Below the pieces are notes generated by a model. That model saw only the letters and a list, made by a program, of their open reading frames with translations, made no database searches and was not told where the DNA came from. Shown here one piece after another: positions 1 through 13,882 of a stretch of DNA of 64,000 bases. Source of the stretch: Octopus sinensis (taxonomy: Eukaryota); contig NC_043006.1 of NCBI RefSeq assembly GCF_006345805.1, forward strand, positions 68,076,001 through 68,140,000. The letters are read 5' to 3'. Numbering within the stretch: position 1 is the stretch's first letter; each line of letters begins with the position of its first letter. The position numbers and the translations under genes were made by a program.

Positions 1-17
1 ATATGTATGTATGTATA

Positions 18-50
<33 letters not shown>

Positions 51-2201
51 ATATATATATGTGTATGTATATATATATATGTGTATGTATATATATATAT
101 GTGTATGTATGTATATATATGTGTATGTATGCATATATACATATATATATATATATGTATATATGCATATATATATATATGTATATATGCATATATATAT
201 ATATGTATATGCATATATATATATGTATATATGCATATATAATATATATGTATATATGCATATATATATATATATATGTATATATGCATATATATATATA
301 TGTATATGTGCATATATATATATGTATATGTGCATATATATATATAGTATATATGCATATATATATATATGTATATATGCATATATATTATATGTATATA
401 TGCATATATATATATATATGTATGTATATATGCATATATATATGTATGTATATATGCATATATATATGTATATATGCATATATATATGTATATATATGCA
501 TATATATATATGCATATATATGTATGTATATATGCATATATATATGCATATATATGCATATATATATATATATTATATATATATATATGCATATATATAT
601 ATATTGTATGTATATATATATGCATATATATTATGCATATATATATGCATATATATAATATGCATATATATATGCATATATATATATGCATATATATATG
701 CATATATATATGCATATATATATATGCATATATATGCATATATATATGCATATATATGCATATATATTATATGCATATATATATATATGCTATATATATA
801 TATGCATATATATATATGCATATATATATATATGCATATATATATATGCATATATATATATGCATATATACATACATATATATATATATGCATATATATA
901 TATGCATATATACATACATATATATATGCATATATACATACATATATATATGCATATATACATATATATATATATGCATATATACATATATATATATATG
1001 CATATATACATATATATATATATGCATATATACATATATATATATATGCATATATACATATATATATATGCATATATGTATGTATGTATATATATGTGTG
1101 TATGTATATATATGTGTGTATATATATATATGTATGTATATATATATATGTATGTGTATGTATATGTATGTGTATGTATATGTATATGTATGTATATATA
1201 TATCTGTATGTATGTATATATATATGTATGTGTATGTATATATATATATGTATGTATATATATATGTATGTGTATGTATATATATATGTGTGTATGTATA
1301 TATGTGTGTATGTATGTATGTATATATATATGTGTGTATGTATATATGTGTGTATGTATGTATGTATATATATATATGTATATATATGTGTGTATATATA
1401 TATGTATGTATATATATATGTATGTATATATGTGTGTATATATATATGTGTGTATATATATATGTATGTATATATGTGTGTATATATATATGTATATATA
1501 TATGTGTGTATATATATATATGTATATATATATGTGTGTATATATATATATGTATGTATATATGTGTGTATATATATATGTATGTATATATGTATGTATA
1601 TATGTATGTATATATGTATGTATATATATATGTATGTATATATGTATGTATATATGTATGTATATATATATGTATGTATATATGTATGTATGTATATGTA
1701 TATATATATGTATATATATATGTATATATATATGTATATATATATGTATGTATATGTATATATATATGTATGTATATATGTATGTATATATGTATGTATA
1801 TGTATGTATATATGTATGTATATATATGTATATGTATGTATGTATGTATGTATGTATATATGTATATATATATATGTATATGTATGTATGTATGTATGTA
1901 TGTATATATATATATAATATATATATATATGTATATGTATGTATGTATGTATGTATGTATATATGTATGTATATATATATATGTATATATATGTATGTAT
2001 GTATGTATGTGTATATATATGTATGTATATATATATATGTAATATATATGTATATATGTATGTATATGTATATATATAATGTATGTATGTATGTATGTAT
2101 AATATATATGTATATATATATATGTTATATATATATATGTATGTATATATGTACGTATATATATGTATGTATATATGTATGTATATATATGTATTATATA
2201 T

Positions 2202-2232
<31 letters not shown>

Positions 2233-2372
2233 GTATGTATATATGTATGTATATATATGTATGTATGTATATGTATGTATATATGTATGTATGTATATGT
2301 ATGTATATATGTATGTATGTATATATATATATATATACACGTATGTATATATATATGTATATATATATATGC
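1..2372. repeat. ~2.4 kb compound microsatellite (TA / TATG / TATGCA / TGTG)
   Basis: Almost pure AT/GT/GC-punctuated dinucleotide repeat; the long Y/I/M/C/V/H ORFs over it are artefacts of stop-poor repeat. Confidence 0.98.
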
Positions 2373-2964
2373 ATGTGTGTAATGATGTTTGTTTTTACAT
2401 TATAATAAAAACAATTTTGCATTGAACTGAATGATTACTCAGTACCTTTTGGTAGAATTCAAATTTATCATTTATCAAGAATAGTATTGTCAGTGACTCC
2501 AATAATGACTTAACTGGTCAAAACTTCAAAGTTACTGTCAGTACTATTCTTGTTTAAGAATAGTGTGTGTATATGAATATATGTATGTTTGACTAATTTA
2601 TCACTAGTGACTATTGTTCCAGAAATAATAATGACATTCTTTCATTGTGTCACATCACAACATCTCTAAACTTTTCTCACCAAATCTTAAGAGGGAATTT
2701 TTGTCCTAGTGTGATATTGAAAATACTTTTTTTTACTTAAAACCTGTCTTCCTATCACATTGATTTATTGGAAATATGATTGTCTAGAAATTGTTTCTGA
2801 ACACAAATAGTGTACTTAACATGAGACGTGAGATCACAAATTTGAGCGATTGCTGGTATAGCCATGAGTTTGATCTTTGTTTCAGTTGTTATGCTGTGTC
2901 CCTGGTCAGAGTACAAAACTCTGATTCTGGTCATACATGGCTGACAACAATTATTAATTTTATA

Positions 2965-3320
2965 TGGATCCTTAACTTTTGACCTACAGATTTAAAAAAT
3001 AATTTTTTATAATTAAACACTTTCAAACTTCGGACACTGGTAGAATGTTTCATATAAAACATCTTTTACTCTTAGCATTTTTGAGAAAAACTTATATTTA
3101 CGAAGTTATTGCATATTAAAGTTCTTGTATTTCAGTAATTTCAACCAATCAATGACGTGTATTCAGCTGAATAAAATTACTGCTGTTGTTTGTCAACAAG
3201 AACTTCCAGCGGTGTATATTCCGTTTGTCACTGTTATTTATGACAACCCTAACCCTAAAACCTTAACCCTAACCCTAAAACCCTAACTCTAACACCCTAA
3301 CCCTAAAACCCTAATTTTTA
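2965..3320 (+). mobile_element. Non-autonomous DNA element (one TIR visible) ending in telomere-like CCCTAA repeats
   Basis: First ~100 bp align with the TIR element at 51221-51346 (GGATC...TTTGAC...AGATTTAAAAAATAATTTTT...AAACACTTT.AAACTTCG...ACTGGTAGAAT); degenerate (CCCTAA)n at 3246-3313. Confidence 0.6.
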
Positions 3321-4145
3321 TGATAGTATCCTGGTCAGTGGGATACTACACTAACTTATTAGTAGCCACAGATAGTATTTAGTAAATTAGTGTTAAGTTT
3401 TAAGTGTCAAATAATTTAAATAATCTTGTATAATTTGGTGATTACAATATAGTTTGTTCAATTTATAAACTGAACATTTTAAAGTAAGGTTTTTTTAACA
3501 TTACTTACTTTTTCCAGCTTGACCTCAACCTTTGGATCCTCTTTCTATAAATCACTGTGATCTTATTTTTGAGCTTTTTCTCATTTCTGCTTGTCTTTAT
3601 ACTTCACTTCATTTATGTCTCTTCTTTAGTATGTTCCCTATCATGGTGATGTTTACCCTTAGCTAACTTCCACTTCTTTGGGATGCATCACATTCTCTGT
3701 CTATTTGAATGTTAATTTGTCATATGCACTGGTTACAAGAGCAATATGGTATATTAATGTAACAAGTATGGTATTTTAATGCAGTTACATTGTTACTATT
3801 GCAGAGATATCTTCCTGTGTATAATATGCTTTACAAAAGACATATGCCGAATAGAAATGTTTACTACAGTATAAAGAAAATTGGATCTAACAACAATGTT
3901 AAACCTGCAGTTTGAAACTTCACCACATTTGTCAGTGTTTAAGTGTCTAATAATGATAGATATCCCATCATGTATGATAGTTTGCTAAGAGTACAACATT
4001 ATGGCTGTATCAAAGTTTTAACCCATGACTCGAAAGTCAGTATCTAAGCTTGCGGCCACTTTTTTTTTTCTGAAAATTCACAATATACATTGTGTTAGAT
4101 TCCAAATGATAGGATCAACAAAACCCACAAAATTTCTTATTTCAG

Positions 4146-4289
4146 TATTCAGAAAGTGTTACCCTTGATAATGAAATTCCTCCTGTCACTATGGCCAAAT
4201 CTATGACCTTACAACACCAGCCCATTCCTGTGAGTGTACCACCACAAAGATCTAAAACTTTACCATCTCAAATGCCTTCTTACGTCGAG
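4146..4289 (+). CDS. ARHGAP12/15-like: RhoGAP gene, internal coding exon (YSESVTLDNEIPP...QRSKTLPSQMPSYVE)
   Basis: Acceptor tttcttatttcag, 144 bp open frame, phase 0-0, donor gtttgt; in frame with 18267. Low-complexity linker, so no domain homology support. Confidence 0.7.
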
Positions 4290-5591
4290 GTTTGTATAAC
4301 TTTTTATTTCTCTTTATCGTTGCAAAGTTCTTGAGAAAGACAAGACAACAATTCATTTCTTCAGCTAGTTTCTTGATTTGGTCTTTGAATCTATAATAAT
4401 TTAATAAATTTGATAAATATTTAAGAATTGTTTATTATATTAATTGTAACTTCGACACATTCAGGATTGCTTTCCTGAAACTTCAACATTTGTTACAGAT
4501 CTTTGATCTATGTATAACAAGTTCTAAATAAAAAAACATAAATATTTAATCACAATACTAGTTTCGTAAAGTTCAAGCTCTGAATATATGCATCATATCT
4601 CTGAGTATTTGCATCAGTAGGTGATGAATTATAATGTCTAAACATTCTGGTATTTTTAATGACTTAGACACAAGAAACAGTGCTGATGACACGATCCATT
4701 AAAATTTGTGAGATTGATTGGGTTAAAATTTAGCTTGAGCATCTGTAAGTTGATATTTGCAGGAAAGACTTGGGTGGGGAGGGATAAATGGTGACGCTAG
4801 AGAGAAGAGATTGATGAAAGTTATTGCAAGATGAGGTGAGGATGAAGAAGAAAATGGTAGAGGGGGGTAAGAAAAAGAGAGACATGGGTACTCGTTGCAG
4901 GGGTATGAGTATGTAACTAGCTAATTTGGAAGAGCAGAGGCTATTGTAGTAGTGGTAGACTGACTATAGAAAATAGAACCCCTGGTTCAGAGACATATTG
5001 TCACGATGATGGTGATGATGATGATGACAGTATGTCTATGAACCAGGGGTTGTAGTGTTGGTGAGTATTTGATGTCTTGCAAACAACTTGCACATGCAAG
5101 TGCTACAAGTCAAGTGTATGGGGTCATCAGGAGAGAATGCGTGCCGTTTCGGGGCCTACCTCTCGACGGCATCAATTTTTTTGAGTTCAGTCTAAGATAT
5201 TTATGTGCATGTAGCTGTACTGTTCCAGCTGAGGGGGCAGTACACCATGGGGGAAACTGAAGTGTCCTTCAACATAAAATACAGTCATTTGATATGAAAA
5301 CATCATATGTTGATTGCCCAATGTCTTATCCACTTAGCCCTGTCATCTCTCCATGTTTTAATCAGTCACACCTTCAAATGAAATATTTACACAAACTGTC
5401 TTCATAAACATTGGTATGATATGGATACTCAATGATAAATAGGGTCTGTACAAGCAACCAGGTTAATCAATGATTAAATCAATTAAAGAGTTATATCATG
5501 GGAATCATTCTGGCTTTTATTGGTCTGTATTATATGAATAATCAAAACCCACACACAAGCACATATATTTATATGTATGTATCTATGTTTG

Positions 5592-5626
<35 letters not shown>

Positions 5627-5658
5627 TTAATGATACAAACAGGAAAATAGACCTCAAA

Positions 5659-5690
<32 letters not shown>

Positions 5691-5693
<3 letters not shown>

Positions 5694-6038
5694 GGTGCAC
5701 GACTCAGTGGTTAGATAGTTGGGTTCACAATCATGAGTTAGTGAGTTCAATTCTTGAACCAGGCTGTTTGCTGCATTATTGAGCAAGACACTTCATTTCA
5801 CATTGCTCCAGATCACTCAGTTGTTTAAATGAGTTGTGATGTCACTGGTGCCAAGCTGTATTGGCCTTTGCCTTTCCCTCTCCCTTGGATAATTTCAGTG
5901 GTGTGGAGAGGGGAGGCTGGTATGCATGAGCAACTGCTGGTCTTCCATAAACAACCTTGCTTAGACTTGTGCTTCGGATGGGACCTTCTTAAGTGCAATC
6001 CCATAGTCATTCACAACTGAAGGATGTCTTTACCCTTA
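5691..6038 (+). mobile_element. tRNA-derived SINE family C (other copies: 28197-28462 -, 38570-38870 -, partial 61880-62050 -)
   Basis: A/B-box-like head (GACTCAGTGGTTAG...GAGTTCAATTC); body recurs as dispersed copies in the window. Confidence 0.8.
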
Positions 6039-6044
6039 TATATA

Positions 6045-8935
6045 CTAGCAGAGGCACCCGGAGTTGCCTGGGAATAAAATTCTTCCTTATATATTGGAAG
6101 GAAAAAAACAAAATATGTTGTATGGAAATTTGTTATTCTAAATTCAATTTATTCTTCAATTGGGAAATCAATTCTGAATTCATAATACAAAAATAAATAA
6201 ATGAATAAATAAAATGATAATAATAATAATGAAAAACAAAAATACAAAATTTACCACTTTTATGAAAGGAGATAGATTCTATTACATGTTGAAGGAAAAT
6301 TATGTAAGAACTGGATGAGCAACTTTCTTTGTTTTCCAGTTTGAAGCATAGACAAATAAGTCTTGGAAACTACCTACCCTGGAGCAATCGACATAAAGTT
6401 GACCATAAAAGATAAGCAAGGCTCAATTAAGTGCAAGCCAGTAGATTTGAAAGTCTGACCTTGAGCTTTATTAATAGACATTGTGAGGCAAAGTCACACT
6501 GGGAATTGTGTTTGTTTGAACTCAAATGGCGTGTCTGTTGGTTTGATTGGAATTCTTGGAATGAAAACCTCTTCCCCAGGGGCACATCCAGTGATGATAG
6601 TAGCTGTATCACATTAGGTGATAATGTCTTCACAATCAACCTTGTCCCATTGTATAATTTAGGAGGATCTAAATTTCTAAGAAGCATTATTAGGACTCCT
6701 ACCGTCAGAAAATGTTAATGTGGAAGAGTTCCAGGTAGCTCAAGAGAATTAAGGAATGTTGTGTAATGGGACAGCTTGATTTTCATCAAGGACTGAATCA
6801 ACTGATTTGTATTTCTTAATGACTGTTGGAATCTTATTCATTAATTCATGGTTAATCCTTGCTATTGTCTCATTTTTCGAGCAAGAATTGCCCTTTGACA
6901 CAACCATTTATGTGAATTATAATTATTACTGAGATGTACTTGTGTAGCAAGTGACCCGATCCGAGATTGTGTGCTGGAATGAAAACAATTGCAGCATAGA
7001 AAGTGTTTATAAGCCATTTAAGAAATACACAAAAGCCATTAGATTCACTTCAACATTTAAATTTAATTTGCCAAATTCCGTGCAGCATGGAATTTTGTCA
7101 GTGAACAGGTCACGGTCTCAAAGCGACGAAAATATTTTGGCAAATTAAATTTAAATGTTGAAGTGAGTCTAACGGTTTTTGTGTATTTCTTAAATGGCTT
7201 ATAAACACCTTCCACGCTGCAATAATTATTACTGAAGTCTGGAAATACCCTGTTCTTCAATTCAGCTGGGGAATTCACCATGATAGCAATATAAGCCAAA
7301 TTGATATCACCAATCCCATCAAATGGTACTTTCCTATTTCCTAATTGGAGGAGCCAGGTTGAAAACTGTTCTGCACATTAGTTCCTATGTATTGAAGGAG
7401 AATTTCTGTACTTAATTCCGTAGGTGTGAAGACTTAATGCATGCTTTTATTTCACCAGATTTTGTTAATCTTGGAATGGCTGGTAATGTCTGTTTGAAGT
7501 CTCCTGATAAAACTAATGTAACTCCTCCCATAGATTTATTGTTAGCTCTGATGTCCTGTAAGGTCTTATCAAGAGCTTCCATTCCACCTCTGTATGACAT
7601 GGCGTATTCATCCCAAATGATCAGGTGGCATTGGCACAACACTGCTTATTTTACAAACTGGGCTGTCATTTGTGATCAGGTTTAGCAGTAATTCAAAAGC
7701 AGAATGAGCTTTTCATCCTCCTGGGAGAATGGTGGGAGCAATGCCAGACAATGCTACAGCAACTGCTATTCTTTTTTGTTATCTTACCTTGGAGAGAAGC
7801 AATGTTGTTACAAATGTTTTACCTGTGCTACCAGGAGCATCAAGAAAGAAGATTCCTCTGCTTTTTTCTGTGACTGACGAAATAATTTTATCATATGCAC
7901 AACGTAGTTCTGGAAGAAGTTTAGGTTCATGTTCATTCACAAATGCAGCCAACTCTATGATGTTATAATTTGTCTCTATTACTATGTCTCTTGAAGTTAT
8001 ATCACTAATTTGACAGTTTGGTTTTGGCAGACCAGAGCCAGACCATTGCAAATTTTTGCCTCCCATGTCCAAAACTTGATCCTCAATTTCAATCAGTGTT
8101 TGGTCAAAAATTGTTTCAGAGAAATGAATATTGATATCTGGGTTTTCTTGTTGAATTGCATACTTTAAGTCCTCAACCATGTCATCACAATATTTCATCC
8201 AAAGCTGTAGGGGACTGCCAAGTTGACACATGTTCTGTATAATTGCAAAAAGGTTACCGAGTTTCCTTGGAGGATCTGATACTGATGCTTCAGTCAATGC
8301 AAGGTTCCAATGCTCATCATTTTCTAAGAAACCTTGTTGATAGCATGCATCCCTATAAGTTTCACACACATGACCATTTACCCTCCTCAAATCTTGAAAT
8401 GATTTGGAATCATGTACTTCATGCAAAAGGGGCCGTAAATAGTAGCATTCTGCTTGGCTTGGGTGGACACTGTAAACTCTTGCAAAAGTATCAGCCCCCA
8501 CCTTTCCTCTTGTGCCAGTTATTGTTACTCCAGGTGTAATACTTGGGTAATTGTGGGTAATGGAGTTTTCTTGCATCTTCATCTACTTGACACAACTTAA
8601 AAAAAGGCAGCATGGGTAGTTTCTTTTGGAGGAAGTGCTTGTTGCAAGGCTGTTTTGTAAAGATAACCCTATGGCCATTCTCTAGATGGACACTCAGATG
8701 AATGATGGCTGGGTGTCTCTCATGAATGGGAAAATTGAAGATGTGCCAAAAAGCCTCATTGGTACGAATATATCTTCCTCTGTCACACTGCGCAACTTCA
8801 TCATTTTTATTTATCTGCTGACTGCCATTCTGCATAAGAGTGTATGTTGCAGCATCTAAACCTTTGTTTATGTATTTGCAAGCATACTTAATAGAGTTAA
8901 CAGAGTTGCAGAAGTCAACTACCTGGCTACCTGTA
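6045..8935 (-). pseudogene. Decayed Helitron Rep/helicase with intact 3' terminus
   Basis: Minus-strand fragments in native order: Rep motif SIKYACKYINKG (~8900), EAFWHIFNFPIHERHP, Walker A FLDAPGSTGKTF, Walker [43 protein letters not shown]; frameshifts and stops; hairpin CCCAGGCAACTCCGGG then CTAG at 6045-6048. Confidence 0.93.
6933..7221. mobile_element. Palindromic MITE-like insertion inside the Helitron helicase, 14-bp flanking direct repeat
   Basis: ATAATTATTACTGA at 6919-6932 and 7222-7235; ~90-bp inverted arms ~6987-7075 and ~7136-7221. Confidence 0.75.
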
Positions 8936-10009
8936 CTTGTCTTTGCTTCACTGTAGAATACTGATCATCTACATCGTCAGAAACTTTTTTGAAAATTAAA
9001 ATGGGGATTAAATGGAAAAATGAGTTATGTGAATATCTTCACAAGAGTGACTGAAATAAATGGCGATTGTGGAACGCCACATGCAAACGTGCACAGAAGC
9101 ACGCACACATACATATACATACAGTATCAAACATCAGATGAAATGGATGTGTGTGTGTGTGTGTGAGAGAGAGAGAGTGAAGGAGTATGTTGTCATGTAT
9201 ATGTACATAAATAAATATGTATGTTTTTTTGTGTGAGAGAGAGAGAAAGTGCCATTTAGACATCACTCTCTCTCTCTCTCTCTCTCACTCACACACGCAT
9301 ATACATACAAAAAGATGTATGCATATGTATTTATGTTTGTACGTATGCGTGACAGCACATCCCTTCACACTCTTTCACACACAAACACACATACACATAC
9401 ATAAATGTATACAAATGTACATACAGAAAACATGTGTGCATGTGTGACTGATGGCAAATACATAGAGCTGAACACAGTGCACGAAAAGTAAATAAATAAA
9501 AACTTTTTATGGAAATTAACAAAGTGTGTGGGTTGAAGCGAAATTTGTGAACTTAGTAAATATTTCTTTCAGTAATTTATTGTAGTTGTTTGCAAATAGC
9601 AAATTAAAACTTGAAATGAAAACATTAAAATAGAGAGTGAGAGATTTCACAAATGAAAATGGAAAATTTCACTGTTGCTACATCAATACCGGCAGTTGAC
9701 ATTGAGAAACCTTTTTAAAAAAGTGAATCATATATGTAAAACAATATATAGAAATAATTAAATTAATTAAATTAATTTAATTATATATCATTGTACTCAT
9801 CAGTGCAAGAAGTATAAACAAAATTTTTTTTACAAAGGACTTGATAAAGGAAATAGTAGAGTAAGATTTTGGAGATTCATATTTATCCTTATGAGACAGA
9901 AAGAAGAGTTGTGAGTTCAGTTAGGTATTGACTAAAACTTACTTGCTTTCAAATGTCCCCTACATTCAGGGCCAGCTGCTTTTTACACACAAGCATCTTA
10001 CAATCTGCC

Positions 10010-10640
10010 TTTCATTTTGGGAGAGAGGCCTTTTGTTGCCAACAGAACTAACAGCTCTCTGAACTTTCTCCAGCCAGTTTTTGTTCTAACAACTATACAT
10101 TTAGAACATCTTGTTTCACTGCTAATTAGGTCATTTACGTACCAGAAAATATCTACTACCTCTCAGTATCCTGAGCATTTGAGAAAATCAATTTTCTCTG
10201 TACTCTTGGTGTATTTTTACTCCTGAACATCTGCTGCACTCATAGTCTACATTTCTGTCAACCTTCCTATGATTCCACTGCAACTCTTGTGGTGACAGTT
10301 TGCGCTGGATATGCCATATGAAATTTCTACATACACCTTTTCAACATATCAAACAGGGCTGTTTTCCTGAAGGTATTAGTGGTTTCTCTGAACTTTGGTT
10401 CTGGCTACTCTAAGAGTCTTTGATTGTGAGTTTTGTTCCTCACCTGGAATTTCATTTCCAATTTTAGTACAGATTCAGCTCTAAGAAAAAAGTCATTAGC
10501 ATAGGGGCTTTCCCATAGGCAACCAATCTTAAACTCCTCTGTTATGGTCTGGAGGTTTATGACAAACAGGAGGAGACTGAGAACTGAAGTTGTTCAACAC
10601 CTACGTCTCATGTTCACAAATCTCAGGGCCCACATCTCAC
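10010..10640 (-). mobile_element. RTE-clade LINE, 3' fragment (copy B)
   Basis: Aligns by eye along its length with 10690-11290; decayed GVHQGSVLSP and YADD regions. Confidence 0.7.
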
Positions 10641-10689
10641 TATCATGTTCATACATAATCATTATACAATCTGTCTTTCACTCTGAGAG

Positions 10690-12500
10690 GGAAACCTTTT
10701 GTTACCAACTTTCTCCATCTTTTTCTTATTCTAGAAAACTATACTTTCAGAGCATCCTCCTCTACTGCTAATTAGGCCATCTAGGTAACAAAAACTATCT
10801 ACAACTCCTAGGGTGCCTTCTGGGCATTTAAGAAAATCTATTTCCCTTCTGTCCTTCATGTTTATTAGTTTAGCACATCTTCCACATACAAAGACTACTT
10901 TCTCTGTTAATCTTCCTGTGAGACCACTGCACCTCTTGTGTGTCCATAGCCTTGCACTGGGTACACTGTACAGAGTTCCTGTCTACACCTTTCCTTCATA
11001 TGAAGCAGGGCCATCTACCTGATGGGAGCAGAGTTCTCTCTATTTTCCTGCTAGCTAGAACTTTGACCTTTGCGCGGTTAATTTTAAGGCCCTTTAATTT
11101 CAGGTTTTCCACACCTAAAATTTCATTTTTTATCCTACTGCGGATTCTGCTTTTAGAACAAGATCATCAGCATATATTAGTTCCCTGAGGCAGCCAGTCT
11201 TAAATTCCTCTTTTATGGCTTGAGAACTATGTTTAGTAGGAGAGGACTGAGGACTGAGCATGGTGAACTCCTACCTTTACTCGTTCTTTACTATTCTCAT
11301 GGCTAACTCACTTTACTCATAGTACTCATGTACATGGCTTGTAGGGTATTCACAAGCCATTCATCTATCCCTAGTTTCCTTAGAGACCACCAAATCATAG
11401 CGGAAGGGACTCTGTTGATATTTTCCTTCAGGTCAATGAATGCCAAGTACATTTGCTTACTTTTAGCTAAATATTTCTCCTGCAGTTTTCTTATTAGACA
11501 GAGGGCATCAGTAATACTTTTTGCCAGGACAAAACCAAACTGCATTTCATCTAATCTAATTCTGTTCCTAATTAATTATGTTGTAACTTTATCTGTAACT
11601 TTCATGATTAAGTCTAGCAATTTGATACCTCTGTAATTACTTCTATCTAAGGCAGCTCTGTTACCATTGTAACAGCTGGCTAATGCTGCTACACATTCTT
11701 ATACAACTTGATGAACTATATGGGTGGCTAAGCCGTATTCTACTCCACTAGACATTTTAACATCTCAGCAGTGGAGCAAGGATATGAAAATAGGATTTCC
11801 TCGATTGCTTTAACTTGGATGACTGGTCCCTCTTGTGGGTCTACATTGGGAAGCATTCTCTATGTTTAATAGCATTTTGTAGTAGCACTTTCATTCTACC
11901 TTTGTTTTCAGAATCACTAAATGCTAGTGAACCATTATTTATCCACATACACTTCTCACCCACATCTTGATTTTTGCTACTACACTCTCTTGTAATCCAG
12001 AACACTTTATATTGATCCTCATTCTGTAGAATATTGGCAGATCTCCTCTTTCTGCTTTTCTTTTGCTATGTAAATGTAGCTTTTGCTATGTAAATCTAGC
12101 TCCCCTTCTAGTTACATGATATATTTCTCTGCTGCCATTATTTTTCTATTCCTTGGCCTGTCTTTTTGCCTCTATGGCTGTGTCTATCTCATTGATCTTC
12201 CACCGGATCACTCTCAGTCTTGTTGGGATTTTTTACCAGCTACAAATTTGGTCTGTAGTCATCAATAGGTTATCTTGTAGAAACTTCCAGTTGTCCTCTA
12301 TGCTGTATGATTCTAACTCCTCCTTTTTCTCATCAACTGCTTCAATCAGAGTATCTCTAAGTCTCTGATTCTTTGAAGGATCCTTGAGCTTCCATGTCCT
12401 CCTTTTCCAGATTGGTTTTGTTCCTGTGTCCTAGTTCTAAATCTAAAATCACTAAATACTAACCTTTGTTGGGTTGTATCTTCTTCACCAGGGAAAGACT
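10690..12500 (-). mobile_element. RTE-clade LINE reverse-transcriptase fragment (copy A)
   Basis: ALDRSNYRGIKLL...MQFGF...LIRKLQEKYLAKSKQMYLAFIDL...RVP..MIWWSLRKLGIDEWLV; many stops and frameshifts. Confidence 0.9.
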
Positions 12501-12557
12501 TTGCAATTACCATATTGTGTCTATATACATATGTGGTGTAAGTGTGTGTGTGTGTAT

Positions 12558-12596
<39 letters not shown>

Positions 12597-13115
12597 ACAC
12601 ACATCTATATATATGTGTGTGTACACCTATATTTATATGTATAAATACACTGAGATCCAAGTTCCCATAAAACCTGTTACAAAACCTGTCTGGACCCATA
12701 TCTCCAAAATAAGAAACTATTAATAGTTCGTATCTTTGTACTGTGTACATCAAATGTTATATCTATCTGTCTGAATGTAGTGAACAAATCAGTTTGGCTG
12801 TGGGTTTGTTTCAGCTCTGAAGAAGATAGCTAGGATGGAAGCTCCCTACGTTATCAGTTATTCAATTGATTGCTTGATGTCATTGAGCCATCAGCACACC
12901 CAAATGCATATCTGAAAAAAGCTGTATGCCTATAATAAATAAGTAAATGTTTATAACCCATTATTTTTGCCTGTTTTATACACGCACACGTATGTGTGTG
13001 TGTTTTCACAGAATTACATATATTTGTTTATAATATATGGATGTATGTATGTATATGCATGTATATTTTGTCCAACCCATGCCAGTATGGATAATGGACA
13101 TCAAATGAATATATA

Positions 13116-13497
13116 TCTCTCTCTATATAAACGGCAGTTTGTCTGTGCGTTTTCTGTGTGTCTGTTTTCTCGTACCCTCACTTTGACCACGGCTTTCAAC
13201 CGATTCTGATGAAACTTGACACACACATAGCCCAATGTCATAATTCAAAACTAACGCAGCGAAAATTTTGAAAAGTTCCCCCAGTTCTGAAAAAAATCGA
13301 TAAATTCGACATGGGGTCGAGAATCAGAAACCCAAACCACAGACCGTCTAGGGGACGCAACTCCACCTTTTTTAACTCTCAAAAAATTTACCATCATTTT
13401 TTTCCCATTTTTTTGCTATTTTTTGGCTATAACTCTCTAAAAATGCTTTATAGTTATTTCCCTTACAAACCTGAGCAACGCCGGGCGATACTGCTAG
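13116..13497 (+). mobile_element. Non-autonomous Helitron (382 bp)
   Basis: A|TC...TATATAA 5' end; subterminal hairpin CCTGAGCAACGCCGGG followed by CTAG|T. Confidence 0.85.
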
Positions 13498-13882
13498 TCT
13501 TTATATATAAAAGTGAGGTTGTGTGCTGTCTGTCTCCTACGATTTAGATTCCTAACTACTCCCACATTTTGCGGTGCAGTTTAACCAAAACCGGGTATCT
13601 TATGGTCGTGATTCATATCGAGCCCTTCTGGGTATTAGCACGTGTCTACGATTTAAAAAAAAATTACCATCAATTTTTCCCATTTTTAATGCATTTTTGG
13701 CATATATAAGGGAAGTAACTTTCTAAAAATGTATTATTAAATCTCAGAACGTAAAAAGCTACAGTAACCCCCCCCCCTTTGTGGTTAGCCATATTGAGAT
13801 GGCTATTATACTTTACATCTCTAAAAATGCTTATATAGTTATTTCCCTTACAAACCCGAGCAACACCGGGCGATACTGCTAG
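13498..13882 (+). mobile_element. Second non-autonomous Helitron (385 bp), head-to-tail with the first
   Basis: TC begins immediately after the previous CTAG; same 3' ~50 bp, CCCGAGCAACACCGGG hairpin and CTAG|T. Confidence 0.85.

Noticed and set aside
3-2425. Long ORFs of 166-636 aa over the first 2.4 kb
   Set aside because: Translations of stop-poor microsatellite, open in several frames on both strands.
3246-3313. True telomere or chromosome-fusion site
   Set aside because: Only ~10 degenerate units embedded in a repeat element within a gene.
7779-8835. Functional Pif1-like host helicase gene
   Set aside because: Frameshifted and interrupted, with Rep motifs and a Helitron 3' terminus, so a dead transposon.
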